DNA of 64,000 nt from Candidatus Heimdallarchaeota archaeon (GTDB taxonomy: Archaea > Asgardarchaeota > Heimdallarchaeia > Hodarchaeales > Hodarchaeaceae): NCBI GenBank assembly GCA_020353515.1, contig CP070695.1:473173-537172 (forward strand), read 5' to 3'. A model generated the notes under the pieces. The model made no database searches, had not been told where the DNA came from, and saw nothing but the letters and a program-made list of their open reading frames with translations. Shown piece after piece: positions 49,151 to 60,003 of this stretch (the first letter of the stretch is position 1; each line of letters starts with the position of its first letter). Both the position numbers and the translations under genes were made by a program.

Positions 49151-49963
49151 TCATCGTTTTAGAAAATTCAAGGACTTTTTAACCGTTGGATCTCCTTGGC
49201 CATCAAATAGAAGAGTGATCGGAGTGATGCTAGTAACTTTCTTCTTTAAAACGGCATAAGCGTCAGTATTCTTAGGAATATCAAGCGTTTCACCCCAAAT
49301 CCAATAATAAGGAACTCCTCTAGGATCTTCTCGGCGGATTGTATTATCTCTATACTTTGTTTTTGCCATTGGACAAATCTCAATTGGTGTATCCTTGGAG
49401 ATGGTGTTAGGGAAGTTAACATTAAGAAAACCCACCCCTTCAGGGAGACCATGGTCTAGAACCTTCTCTATGATTTCACAAGCTGTTTCTGCAGCAATTT
49501 TCATACCTGGGGGATCAGCAAAGTCATCAAAAAAGAGATGTTCATCCACATCCATAGAAAATGCGATAGCAGGAAAACCAAGAAGTGCTGCTTCGAATGA
49601 TACCGCACATGTTCCAGAAGTTAGAATAGAATGAACACTGGTGTTTTCTCCTGCATTAATTCCTGAAACAATGAGATCAAAAGGAGACTTTCCACCATTA
49701 GCACGTTGATAGACTCCATGAATCACAGCATCCGCTGGAGTTCCAGTAGTTCGCCACCCAACTTCACCATCAAGATATGACAGAGGAACCTCTTGCATTC
49801 TAACAGGCTGATCGAAAGTAATTGCTTTCCCCTCTGCAGAGCGTTGAGACCGAGGAGCAATAATAGTTATGTCCCATTTACGTCGATGTATCGCACTAGC
49901 CAGAGAACGAATTCCAGTAGAGTAAATTCCATCATCATTGGATAGAAGTATATCAGGGGTCAT
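49151..49963 (-). CDS. surE: 5'/3'-nucleotidase SurE
   Basis: LSNDDG, GTPAD, SGINAG.N, SGT, LNVNFP, YYW; start taken at MTPDILL. Confidence 0.93.
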   Translation of the reverse strand: MTPDILLSNDDGIYSTGIRSLASAIHRRKWDITIIAPRSQRSAEGKAITFDQPVRMQEVPLSYLDGEVGWRTTGTPADAVIHGVYQRANGGKSPFDLIVSGINAGENTSVHSILTSGTCAVSFEAALLGFPAIAFSMDVDEHLFFDDFADPPGMKIAAETACEIIEKVLDHGLPEGVGFLNVNFPNTISKDTPIEICPMAKTKYRDNTIRREDPRGVPYYWIWGETLDIPKNTDAYAVLKKKVTSITPITLLFDGQGDPTVKKSLNFLKR

Positions 49964-50142
49964 TGTCTGTCGCCATATAGAAGTTTGTTTCCACAAAATC
50001 AATTTTATTGATACATAATAACACTATTGATAGAATTATTTCTTCCAATAGCAGAAAACAGCGAAAGAAGGGTGATATTCAAGAGGCATATAAAGCCTGG
50101 ATTCTATGTCAGGGTGGAAATTATATTCGTAATTAGCCAAGA

Positions 50143-51846
50143 TTATGAATCCCATTTTCCTTCGGATCTCAGTTTTTGTGCAATCTCTTCTCCCTGCTTT
50201 TTCAAAATCATATAATCAGTTTTACCAACTCGGGTAAGAGGAATTTTTCCTGTTTTCAGTATCTCAAAATGGCTTGGTCGTTTGTATGCTGCGATATTTT
50301 TTACAGCTTCATCTAATTCTGCTATTGAGAGCTCCTGTCCTTCAATTTTCTCAACAAAAGCCATTATTCCTTCAGTGAAAACTTCATGAGGAACACCAAC
50401 ACAAGCGACTGTACCAACCTTCCCTTTAAACGACTGTTCAACAAAATCTTCAACCTCAGTTGGAAACACATTATAACCCTTAGGTTTTATGATAAACTTG
50501 GCCCGTCCAGCGAACTGAAGCCCTTTCTCCCCATAGGAACCTAAATCACCAGAATAACAGTAACCATCTGTTGATATAGTCTTTTGTGTGTTTTCTTCAT
50601 CCCCTAAATACCCCAGAAACACTTGAGGTCCTGAAAAACAGATCTCTCCGACTTCTCCTGGGGCTTTTTCATCACCGGCAGATCCATCTTGCTTCATAGG
50701 ATCTCTAATTGAAATTGGGCTAATAAGCATATCATAACCAATACTAGCTAAAATATCATCAACTGTACCCCCATGGGGAGTATAAGTCAAGAAACCAGCA
50801 CTTTCCGTTAAACCAAAGCCACTACCCATTTCTGGAGCCATTGTTGACAATTTCTCAAGGAATGGGCGAGTAACAGCCTGACCCCCATAAATAGCGAATC
50901 TAAGCGAAGAAATATCATAATCATTATAGTTAGGAAGTCTCCATTGCATTGCAAAGAGTGCAGGAATCTGACCAAGTACTGTTACATTATATTTCTGCAC
51001 CGCATCTAGAGTTTTTTCAGCATCGAAAATATGGAGGATCACACTAATACCACCTCCATAAATTGTGGTCGCTAATTGTTCAGTAGTGCAACCAACATGG
51101 CTTGGGGGAAGATTAACACACATAATGTCTTTCTCATCCATTGCAAAACCTACAAGAAGGCCTATGTTCTGGACCAAGATATTTTCATGAGAAAGGAGTG
51201 CAGGTTTAGGAAAACCTGTGGAACCAGTTGTAAAGATGATTAAGCATGGATCATCTTTTTCTACCTGCTTTTGAGCTTTCTTCACCTTCCTAGTGATCAG
51301 TGATTTAATGTAGGTTCCTTTAATTCCTTTGATAAAATCTGATATCCCTATAGCTCCCTCCATAATAAGATCAGCTTCTTTTTGAAACTGTACCCAGTAT
51401 TGACAGACATATTTATGATCCTTCATCACTTCAGCAATCATTGGTCGAAAGTCTGCTCGCTCAGTCATCCCTAAAAAGAAATAAACCTTAGGTTTTATCT
51501 TCGCAAAATTTCTACTTATTTCCTGAGCTTTTAACCTTAGATCTAATGGGGCTATTATTACTCCGATACGATAGCACGCGTACATTAAATAAACATGTTC
51601 TTTTAAGAGTGGTAGTGAAGTAGCTACAATATCCCCTTTCCTTAATCCAATGGAAAGTAATTTTGCGGCAAATGCTTTGGATTTAGTGGCAAAATCTTTC
51701 CAAGTAACTTCCTCCCCAGTGTCATATTCAATTAGGGCAATTTCAGAACCCTTTACTTTTGAGAAGTGATCTACATAATCAAACATCCGTGGAAGTAGTT
51801 CATTATATCTTTTCTTACATTCTTCATCCATGGCTGGGTTTTTCAT
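50143..51846 (-). CDS. Class I adenylate-forming enzyme (acyl-CoA synthetase)
   Basis: FTTGSTGFPK, FGLTE, SGDLG, GR.K..GYNVFPTEVE, GKTD. Confidence 0.9.
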   Translation of the reverse strand: MKNPAMDEECKKRYNELLPRMFDYVDHFSKVKGSEIALIEYDTGEEVTWKDFATKSKAFAAKLLSIGLRKGDIVATSLPLLKEHVYLMYACYRIGVIIAPLDLRLKAQEISRNFAKIKPKVYFFLGMTERADFRPMIAEVMKDHKYVCQYWVQFQKEADLIMEGAIGISDFIKGIKGTYIKSLITRKVKKAQKQVEKDDPCLIIFTTGSTGFPKPALLSHENILVQNIGLLVGFAMDEKDIMCVNLPPSHVGCTTEQLATTIYGGGISVILHIFDAEKTLDAVQKYNVTVLGQIPALFAMQWRLPNYNDYDISSLRFAIYGGQAVTRPFLEKLSTMAPEMGSGFGLTESAGFLTYTPHGGTVDDILASIGYDMLISPISIRDPMKQDGSAGDEKAPGEVGEICFSGPQVFLGYLGDEENTQKTISTDGYCYSGDLGSYGEKGLQFAGRAKFIIKPKGYNVFPTEVEDFVEQSFKGKVGTVACVGVPHEVFTEGIMAFVEKIEGQELSIAELDEAVKNIAAYKRPSHFEILKTGKIPLTRVGKTDYMILKKQGEEIAQKLRSEGKWDS

Positions 51847-51945
51847 TTAAGTAACCTCATCTTGTAATTATTTGTTCAAAATTCTTTCATAAAGAAATAA
51901 TCAAATCATCTAGTAATATCAATATTTCTAAGTAATGTAGCTTTA

Positions 51946-53811
51946 TTATACCTCTCCCCATTTTTCGAGTAATTCCTTAGCTTTAGTGGCATAATCTAGA
52001 ATTTCCTCTTCTTTACGATATATCCTTTTATTTATCATTCGATTAATCAAATCTCCCAGCTGGGTCAATTCAAAAACCTCTTCCACAGAAGGTTTCTGTT
52101 CAATAATTTGTTCCCATCTGTTTATTTGCTCAATAAATACAATTTGCTCTCTGGAGATCTCCATAGCTAATCTCCGCAAACCTTTTTCCTCAGTAAAGGC
52201 TAGTGCTTGCTTTAAAAGTTGTTGTGAACGCTCTATATCAAACTCTAACAGAGCTAATCTTGATTCAAGCCAATAAATATGAGCAAGCCAAAAATGAGAG
52301 TACTGTTTCTCAGTAATGTGACTAAATCGTCTCAATACCGATTTAATATCCTGAATAATCTCTTCATTCCCTGTCGCTTTGAATTCAATCAGAAGTGACT
52401 CACATAGATATAGCATCGAAAAACCAGTAAAACTGATATAAAGAACCTCTTCTTGGGTTATTTTTCTAAAAATCTGTTGAGCTTCAGCCATATCAACAAT
52501 TCTTCCACTTGATTTTAATGCAATGGCTCTACCTAGTCTATAAATTTGATTAATCACTTTATTTTCTTCTTTGGAATGAATTTTCTGTAATTTTTCTAGA
52601 TAGAATGTTTGGTCAGTATCCTTATCATGTGCTTGGATAAGAGTAACAAGTAATCTGCTTGTATTGATATCGTTCCCGATTTCTTCAAAAAGTGCTAAAC
52701 TTTTTTTGTAATAACTCACAGCTTTCTCATTTTCTCCTTGATACTGGAAAATATCTCCGATATTCCCTAATCCAGTAGCTATTTCCTGTTTATCTCCTAA
52801 CTCTTCAGCTATATCCAAGCTTCTATGATAATATTCCGACGCTTCATCCAACTCCCCCTTAATTTGAAAAATGACTCCAACATTGTTATAGAAAGCCGCT
52901 AATTCACTTTTTAGCTCTAATCCCTCGTAAATTCTCAATCCTTTTTGGGAATATTCCAAAGCTGGATCTAAATCGCCTTTATTGCGATAGATCAAACCAA
53001 TATTGATTAATGACTCCGCTTGTCTTTTCTTATCTCCTTCTTTTTCACTTAAAGCTAAACTTTTTTGAAAACATCCTAGAGCTTGTTCTAATTCACCCTT
53101 TAACTGATAAATCATCCCGATATTATTGGTCAGTTTAAGGATCTGAGACCTATTTTCGAGTTCTTCAAATATTTCGAGACCTTGCTTGAAAAAACCTAGT
53201 GCTGAATCATTTTCACTTTTAGATGCATTTACGATCCCAAGCATATTTAGGATTTCAGCTTTCTCATATTGATCTCCATACTCTTGAATAGTAAAGAAAC
53301 ATTCTTGTAGATAATTTAAAGCTAGATCTAATTCCCCCTTTTTACGATAGATCTTCCCTTTAAGGAACTTCAGCTTAGAATCTCTTTTTACATAGTCAGG
53401 TTGATCTTTAGCCTTAATGGATATCAGAATGTTTTCAGCAGTCTTGATGACTTCAAGACATGTATTTAATTCACCTAGCTCAAATAACGCATTAGATTTT
53501 GCGATCATTGCATCAAATAGAATAACTAGCTCCCCAATTTGCTGACCTTCTTCAATAATTTGGTCAGCAAGATTTAAACCACCTGTTTCATCGCCCATTT
53601 GAGTAAAAATAAGACTCTTTTGAATCTTACTTCTCAATATATCAAGTTTATCACTACTTCTTCCTTCTAACTCAACCAGTTTCTTCAGAGCTAAATCAAG
53701 ATTACCTCTATAGATGAAAAACTCCACCTGCTTAAGATCTATATTTCTTAACTGTGAATTCTTCGATTTTCCTTTGCTAGAGGACGATTTAGAAGGTTTT
53801 AGACGAGGCAA
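51946..53811 (-). CDS. Tetratricopeptide repeat protein
   Basis: Repeated NNIG.IY..KGEL..AL..Y..SL units. Confidence 0.9.
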   Translation of the reverse strand: MPRLKPSKSSSSKGKSKNSQLRNIDLKQVEFFIYRGNLDLALKKLVELEGRSSDKLDILRSKIQKSLIFTQMGDETGGLNLADQIIEEGQQIGELVILFDAMIAKSNALFELGELNTCLEVIKTAENILISIKAKDQPDYVKRDSKLKFLKGKIYRKKGELDLALNYLQECFFTIQEYGDQYEKAEILNMLGIVNASKSENDSALGFFKQGLEIFEELENRSQILKLTNNIGMIYQLKGELEQALGCFQKSLALSEKEGDKKRQAESLINIGLIYRNKGDLDPALEYSQKGLRIYEGLELKSELAAFYNNVGVIFQIKGELDEASEYYHRSLDIAEELGDKQEIATGLGNIGDIFQYQGENEKAVSYYKKSLALFEEIGNDINTSRLLVTLIQAHDKDTDQTFYLEKLQKIHSKEENKVINQIYRLGRAIALKSSGRIVDMAEAQQIFRKITQEEVLYISFTGFSMLYLCESLLIEFKATGNEEIIQDIKSVLRRFSHITEKQYSHFWLAHIYWLESRLALLEFDIERSQQLLKQALAFTEEKGLRRLAMEISREQIVFIEQINRWEQIIEQKPSVEEVFELTQLGDLINRMINKRIYRKEEEILDYATKAKELLEKWGEV

Positions 53812-53926
53812 TGATATAATCCACCATGGTTACTAAAAATCTGAACTTCTGTATTTTTAAATCTAATTAGGAATCAAGAAGAAAGATGCACGGTAAATGT
53901 TCAGGAAGGAAGAGTATCAAGGTTAA

Positions 53927-56593
53927 TTAAAGAGATTTTTCTCTAAAACGCTGTTTAATTGTTATTAAAACCGAAACTGCAAATAGAAACAGTAACAAGC
54001 TTGGTGCAGACACTTCTTCCTTTGTTGAACTGGTAGTTTCTTTGGATGATTCAGTTCGTGTTTCCTCTGGTTGTTTATCATTTTCTATGGTGAATGTTGA
54101 ATCAGATATATCTTCGACTTGTAAACCTTCGGAGCAAATAGCAACGACTTTGACTAGGTAGTCGGAACCATCAATAATTTCAGTAGTATCCCATCTACAA
54201 TAAAGATTTGAAATATCTGATTCAATTGAATTCCAGGATTCTCCATTATCTCCACTATAATAAACGTTATAGCTAATTATATGCCCCCAATAATCAGTTG
54301 CTTTTGCCCATCGAATAGTGATAACCTCACTGACCGTTTCGCCACCATTTGGATTTTTAACTCTGGGCCGTGAGATTAGATGTATATCCAAGGTCTCGGG
54401 ATTATGAGGATAAGTTAAGGGAGAATTATCAAAATTACCAACGTAACCATCTATGCTATATGGATCATCTACAATTCCATCTCCTTCACCCTCATCGTCA
54501 TCGGGAGATGTCCACTCATCCCAATAATTATATCTGAAAGAGCTTTCAATCCCTTCATCAAAAGCCTGTGAAGTCCCTTCGAGATTATTTCCTACCATAT
54601 CATTCCAATATATTTGATTTGAAGCCCCAGAGTTGATGTAAATCCCATATAAACTATTATGAATCACTAGATTATCATATATAGAAGTTTCATCTGAATC
54701 AATCAGAAGAATACCATGATGATTATTCTCTTGAATAGTATTTCTAGAAATAGTATTTCCGTCCGATGGGTCCATGAATATACCATTTCCTCCACCTAAT
54801 TGCATAATTGAAGAAGTTATCTCGGAAGTGCCTTCTGATGATCCTCCTCCTCCTCCGTTACCGTTCCCATATATATCATTATCCTCAATAATATTGAAAC
54901 TCGAATTTATTACTGTAATTCCATCACCAGAATTATTATGAATCTCATTTCCTGTAATGTTATTGTGATCTGATGGATCCATGAAAACACCATTTCCCCC
55001 CCCAAATTGTTGAATCAAAAAAGAGATATCAGAGATCGTTCGTGAAGATCCCCCACCATTATTGCCATTGCCATAAATATCATTGCCATCAATGAGATTA
55101 TGGCTAGAATTATCCAATCTAATACCATTTTCACTATTATTAAAGATATTATTACCCGTTATTTTATTATAATCAGATGGATCCATAAAAATACCATTCC
55201 CTCCACCAAATTGTTGAATCGAAAAAGAGATATCAGAGATCCCTCGTGAAGATCCCCCACCATTGTTGCCATTGCCATAAATATCATTGCCATCAATGAG
55301 ATTGTAGTTGGAATCCACCAATTCAATGCCATCATCTGTATTATTGAAAATGTCATTATTTGTGATATTGTTATAATTCGATGGATCCATGAAAATACCA
55401 TTCCCTCCGCCAAATTGTTGAATTTTCATCGAAAGCTCAGATATCCCGTGAGAACAGGCAGTAGTGTTCCCATTACAGAAAATATAATTGTTATCAATCG
55501 TATTATTGTGGGAATTAACTAATGTGTTGCCATTTTCAGCATTACTATAAAATGAATTAAGTGTAATGTTATTTTTAATGGAATACCGCGAGAAAAGACC
55601 ACTTTCAGAGTTTTGATAAGCATCATTATCTACTATAGTATTTATGTCACTAGAATCCAGATAAACGCCATCTTCTGAGTTTTGATAAGCTGAATTCCTG
55701 AATAAATCATTATTAGTAGAATTAATAAGCTTAATACCAGCTAGGGCATTATAATACGCTTTATTATCAGATATATTGTTATCTCGCGAAACTTGAAGCC
55801 CTATACCATCCCAACCATTACTGTAGACCTTATTAAGAATGATTTTACTATTATTGGACATGGTGAACCAGATACCAGCCCATGTGTTATTATAAGCTGT
55901 ATTATTGAAACAAGTATTATTAAGTGAGTATTGATAATAAATTCCGCTATTTGTGCTATTATAGACAGTATTAATAGTTAATGTGTTATTATCCGAGTAA
56001 CTTAATCTTATTCCGTTAGTACTATAAGAAAGAACATTTTCTGTCACAGTGTTATTATAGGAATTTTCTAAATTTACAGCACCAACACAATTAGTAATAG
56101 AATTATTAAAAACAATACCATACGTAACATTCTTAAGAAAAACACCATTATAATTTCTAGATATCCCGTTCAACAAGTTAGAAGAAATTTTAAAGAAAGC
56201 TGTGGTGTTCTCAATGTGTATGAGGTGAAAACTGTTATTGGTGATCTGATATCCTTCAATTAAGTATGGTTTGTTGAATGTCCCGTCTCCAGTAAAATTG
56301 TAACCTGCTGGGCCAAAATCCGCATTATCATCAATATAAAACGGATCATGCATCTCATAAGCCATTACACTAGAGCTTGAGGATATTTTAGGTGAGATAC
56401 GAGAGATTTTTTGGTTATTTACCTCTTCTTGAATTTGGATGTTACAGTGGGATTCTTGGAGAAGAGGGACTGAACTATTATATATTAGATGTTGTTCTAG
56501 TTTATATTGAATATGGAGATTAATATTAAACAAAGTAAGCCCAAAAAAAACGATAATTAACAACAAAACCTTTCTAATTTTCATAGATTTCAA
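53927..56593 (-). CDS. Surface protein with right-handed beta-helix (NosD-like) repeats and C-terminal membrane anchor
   Basis: Signal peptide, Asn-rich GI.L..S..N.I..N repeats, NYW, PNGGE domain, S/T linker, TM helix and basic tail. Confidence 0.88.
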   Translation of the reverse strand: MKSMKIRKVLLLIIVFFGLTLFNINLHIQYKLEQHLIYNSSVPLLQESHCNIQIQEEVNNQKISRISPKISSSSSVMAYEMHDPFYIDDNADFGPAGYNFTGDGTFNKPYLIEGYQITNNSFHLIHIENTTAFFKISSNLLNGISRNYNGVFLKNVTYGIVFNNSITNCVGAVNLENSYNNTVTENVLSYSTNGIRLSYSDNNTLTINTVYNSTNSGIYYQYSLNNTCFNNTAYNNTWAGIWFTMSNNSKIILNKVYSNGWDGIGLQVSRDNNISDNKAYYNALAGIKLINSTNNDLFRNSAYQNSEDGVYLDSSDINTIVDNDAYQNSESGLFSRYSIKNNITLNSFYSNAENGNTLVNSHNNTIDNNYIFCNGNTTACSHGISELSMKIQQFGGGNGIFMDPSNYNNITNNDIFNNTDDGIELVDSNYNLIDGNDIYGNGNNGGGSSRGISDISFSIQQFGGGNGIFMDPSDYNKITGNNIFNNSENGIRLDNSSHNLIDGNDIYGNGNNGGGSSRTISDISFLIQQFGGGNGVFMDPSDHNNITGNEIHNNSGDGITVINSSFNIIEDNDIYGNGNGGGGGSSEGTSEITSSIMQLGGGNGIFMDPSDGNTISRNTIQENNHHGILLIDSDETSIYDNLVIHNSLYGIYINSGASNQIYWNDMVGNNLEGTSQAFDEGIESSFRYNYWDEWTSPDDDEGEGDGIVDDPYSIDGYVGNFDNSPLTYPHNPETLDIHLISRPRVKNPNGGETVSEVITIRWAKATDYWGHIISYNVYYSGDNGESWNSIESDISNLYCRWDTTEIIDGSDYLVKVVAICSEGLQVEDISDSTFTIENDKQPEETRTESSKETTSSTKEEVSAPSLLLFLFAVSVLITIKQRFREKSL
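54700..55490 (-). repeat. Four intragenic repeats of about 204-207 bp (68-69 aa)
   Basis: MDPS-encoding anchor GATGG at 54765, 54972, 55176 and 55380; unit IYGNGNNGGGSSR.ISDISF.IQQFGGGNGIFMDPS. Confidence 0.85.
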
Positions 56594-56697
56594 CTTCCAC
56601 CTAGATTACTCATGCTTATTGGATTGTTAGAATAAGGATTTTTTGTTTTAGGTAACGGTTATTTTTAAGCTTTGCGAATTATTTGATTTTCTTTGTT

Positions 56698-57306
56698 TCA
56701 AGGATACCCATAATATTCCCGAAAGGTTGTAAAAATTTCATCGTAAGGAAGGTCAGCATACGTTCCTCTATCACTAATATATTCAACAAAAAGGTTCCCC
56801 GCATTATCATACGGTTTAAATGTTGCATCATTCACTCCATCGAAAGTACATACTGGAAAATTATGGCGGTCACAAAGAGGGGTTTGGAACGATGGGGTCA
56901 GCTTTATCCATTTCCCCAAATAAACCTCAGCATATCCATGGAAAACCATGACATTAGTTTGGAGAATCTCATAAATATGTGGTGGAATCCTATGGTTAAT
57001 AATATCGGCAAAATGAAGGCGTGCTGGGATTTGATTTGCTCTATATAATGCTACTAATGCAACTGATTTGGGGATACAAAATCCGACCTTTTTCTCAATT
57101 GTTGTGCTACCTTTCATATCATCTGGTGTTTCATACCTTGTCACATCAATAGTATATTTGATATTATCTCGTACATAATTGAAAGTAGCTATTGCTAGGT
57201 CAACCTTCTTATTATGTTCTGAGGAGAGCTCGTTTGCTAAATTTACTACAATATCTGATTCTGAGTCAATGAAAAATGTTGGATCAAGGTATTCATTTAA
57301 AACCAT
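56698..57306 (-). CDS. Transglutaminase-like domain protein
   Basis: FNYVRDNIKY, GFCIPKS, HGYAEVYL.KW. Confidence 0.85.
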   Translation of the reverse strand: MVLNEYLDPTFFIDSESDIVVNLANELSSEHNKKVDLAIATFNYVRDNIKYTIDVTRYETPDDMKGSTTIEKKVGFCIPKSVALVALYRANQIPARLHFADIINHRIPPHIYEILQTNVMVFHGYAEVYLGKWIKLTPSFQTPLCDRHNFPVCTFDGVNDATFKPYDNAGNLFVEYISDRGTYADLPYDEIFTTFREYYGYP

Positions 57307-57338
57307 ATTTTTAACCTGCCATATTTTAGAGATACTCT

Positions 57339-57530
57339 CTACATTCCAATCTTTGGAATAATCGGAAGATATCTCTGGATTTTAGATCCCTGATAGAAAT
57401 GTTTTACTCTTTCAATCTTATCATGAGGTAGTTCAAGCTCTTCAGCTATTTTATTTTGTTACCAACCAGCTATTAATAGAACCAAAACTTTATCAACATC
57501 GTCAGATTCGAGTTCGTACGTTTTACTCAA
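57339..57530 (-). pseudogene. Relic resembling the C-terminus of NH3-dependent NAD+ synthetase
   Basis: LSKTYELESDDVDKVLVLLIAGW*QNKIAEELELPHDKIERVKHFYQGSKIQRYLPIIPKIGM*; internal TAA at 57459-57461. Confidence 0.45.
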
Positions 57531-57554
57531 GGAGTTAAGCCTTTAACTTACTTT

Positions 57555-58994
57555 TTATTGTTTATATAGGCTTTTGTAGTATTCAATTGGAGGTTTTGCA
57601 CCTTCTGGTAGTGGGCTTTCAAAGGGAGTTGTCTTAATCTTCTCCTCAAATTCCTTTTGTGCTTTTTCAACTAACCCCGGATTCTGAAGTAATTCAATAA
57701 CTGCAAGCCCAAGGATCTTGGCAGCAGTTATCATTCCTTTGTGGCCAATACTCATTCCTGCTTGTGCGACTTGTTGCCAAGAATGGCCTGGAGTTCCAAT
57801 AGTACCACAAACGGTCGCAAATTGTGCTAAAGGAGTCACCCAACTCACATCTCCTACATCGGTCGATCCACCTAAAGTGGTTCCACGACCAAAGATCGGG
57901 CTAATTGTATCACAAAATTCTTTCTCCCTAAATCGCTCGAAAAACGGTCTAGCATCTTGTGGAAGGCCAGCTAAGTAATTATCAAAGTAATTTTCTGGAA
58001 AGGATTTACGGAGTTCACAAGCAAATTCGTATTCCTCTTCTGTGAATTGGGGAGGCCCTACCACTTCCATTTTCTCATGTAATAAATCCTCTAAAGTTTG
58101 ATTAGGTAACAAATTCGCTGAACCACCGAGAAGAATCGATTCGAATTCTGTTTCGGTCATCAATGAAGCTCCTTCTGCTACCTTAAGCACTCTAGGATAA
58201 AGTGATTTGACTTCATTAAGACTGGGGGCTCTAACATAATACCATACTTCTGCTTCATCAGGGACAATATTAGGTGCTTGACCTCCGTTCGTAATTACAT
58301 AATGAATACGGGCATCTGGGATAATATGCTCCCGAAGATAGTTGCTTCCAACATTCATGAGTTCAACAGCGTCAAGTGCTGACCGACCATTAAAAGGATC
58401 ACCAGCTGCATGAGCAGTTTGCCCTCTAAAGCGAAAAACAACGTTATACATAGCTTGAAAATTCGTAGCAATGACAAAGTTCACATCCCAAGGATGCCAA
58501 GTCAGAGAAATATCAACATCATCGAAAACTCCTGCATTAATCATCCATCCTTTTCCGTCAGCATTTTCCTCTGCTGGAGTACCATAATATCGGATAGTTC
58601 CATGTACTTCTCCAGATTCTATTGCCTTCTTAACTGCTAAACAAGCTGCCAAGCATGCTGTGCCAAAAAGATTGTGTCCACATCCATGTCCAGGCGCTCT
58701 TTCTTCAAGGGGTTTTTTAATTGGGGTTGTATCTTGACTAAGTCCTGGTAACGCATCATATTCCCCTAAGATTGCAATTATTGGACTTTCAGTCCCATAG
58801 CTCGCTATAAACGCTGTAGGCATGTCCGCTACCCCCAACTCTATTGTAAACCCTGCTTCATTAAGTGTATCCGCTAATAATCTTGAAGACTTTTTTTCAA
58901 ATAAACCTAACTCTGCGTAGTTCCAAATTCTATCACTGATCTGAATAAACTTCTTTTGATTATTTTCAATCCATTCTAATATCTTTACTGACAA
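57555..58994 (-). CDS. M20 amidohydrolase, AbgB-like
   Basis: GEYDALPG, GHGCGHNL, PAEE, WHP, GRSALDA, GSTDVGDVSW, HSW. Confidence 0.9.
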   Translation of the reverse strand: MSVKILEWIENNQKKFIQISDRIWNYAELGLFEKKSSRLLADTLNEAGFTIELGVADMPTAFIASYGTESPIIAILGEYDALPGLSQDTTPIKKPLEERAPGHGCGHNLFGTACLAACLAVKKAIESGEVHGTIRYYGTPAEENADGKGWMINAGVFDDVDISLTWHPWDVNFVIATNFQAMYNVVFRFRGQTAHAAGDPFNGRSALDAVELMNVGSNYLREHIIPDARIHYVITNGGQAPNIVPDEAEVWYYVRAPSLNEVKSLYPRVLKVAEGASLMTETEFESILLGGSANLLPNQTLEDLLHEKMEVVGPPQFTEEEYEFACELRKSFPENYFDNYLAGLPQDARPFFERFREKEFCDTISPIFGRGTTLGGSTDVGDVSWVTPLAQFATVCGTIGTPGHSWQQVAQAGMSIGHKGMITAAKILGLAVIELLQNPGLVEKAQKEFEEKIKTTPFESPLPEGAKPPIEYYKSLYKQ

Positions 58995-59072
58995 TTTTGA
59001 ACACCTAGATTAGATATTCTTATTCGTGTACTTTTTATTCTCATTTCTTAATATCGTTCAAAAAATGTATAG

Positions 59073-59939
59073 GTGAAACAATTGAAAGAAAGTGGGCTTG
59101 ATCCTAATATCGTGGGTAGAATTTACGAAGGAGTAACAACAACAGTTGATCCAGAGAAAACAATGACTTATGCCAAAGCAACAAATGAAACAAACCCACG
59201 ATATTATGAAACAGATGAAAATATGTTTGCTATTCCACCCCTTTTCCCCGTAACCATGTTTATCGATCCGATGATCCAGATAGTTAGTGATGAGACGCTT
59301 AATCTTGATATTCTCCGAATGGTTCATGGTGAACAGGAAATTCTGTACCATCGATCATTAAGACCAAGAGAAAAGATAAAGACTAAAGTTGAATTAGATT
59401 CTATCGATTCCAAAAAAGCAGGAGATATTTTATGGGCAAAGATGATGGGTTATACAGGAGAAGAGCTTGTTTTCGAAATGCGAGCTGGATTGTTCTTTAA
59501 AAAACCAACAAAAGGAAAAAAATTGTCTGAACCAAAAATTAAAGAGTCTTCAACTGAAAGAGAGATTGTAGTCAAACAACAGATGAAAGTAACATCAGAT
59601 CAATCGGTTCGTTATGCAGCTGCATCTGGTGACGAGAATCCTATTCACGTTGACAAAGAGATAGCTATAGCTGCTGGACTACCTGATATTATTCTTCATG
59701 GTTTGTGTACTTTAGCTTTTGCGACACAGGCTATTGTGGATAATCTAGCAGATGGTGATCCAACAAGAGTCAAAAGAATAAAAACAAGGTTTTCAAAGCC
59801 TGTTTTCATGAATGACACTCTTACCACGGAGGGGTGGATATTAGAAGAAAATAAAGCGAAGAAGATTGTTGGTTTTGAAACCAAAAATGAAGCTGGAGAA
59901 GCTGTACTTAAACTTGGATTTATAGAACTCTTAAAGTGA
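59073..59939 (+). CDS. Double hot-dog MaoC-type (R)-enoyl-CoA hydratase
   Basis: VHGEQE; SGDENPIHVD..HGLCT..RFSKPV. Confidence 0.88.
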   Translation: MKQLKESGLDPNIVGRIYEGVTTTVDPEKTMTYAKATNETNPRYYETDENMFAIPPLFPVTMFIDPMIQIVSDETLNLDILRMVHGEQEILYHRSLRPREKIKTKVELDSIDSKKAGDILWAKMMGYTGEELVFEMRAGLFFKKPTKGKKLSEPKIKESSTEREIVVKQQMKVTSDQSVRYAAASGDENPIHVDKEIAIAAGLPDIILHGLCTLAFATQAIVDNLADGDPTRVKRIKTRFSKPVFMNDTLTTEGWILEENKAKKIVGFETKNEAGEAVLKLGFIELLK

Positions 59940-60003
59940 AGTCAATTCAAGCGTACTAATTATTTCTTCATTTGAACAGTCTGGATCAAAGAAAAAATAG
60001 AAT

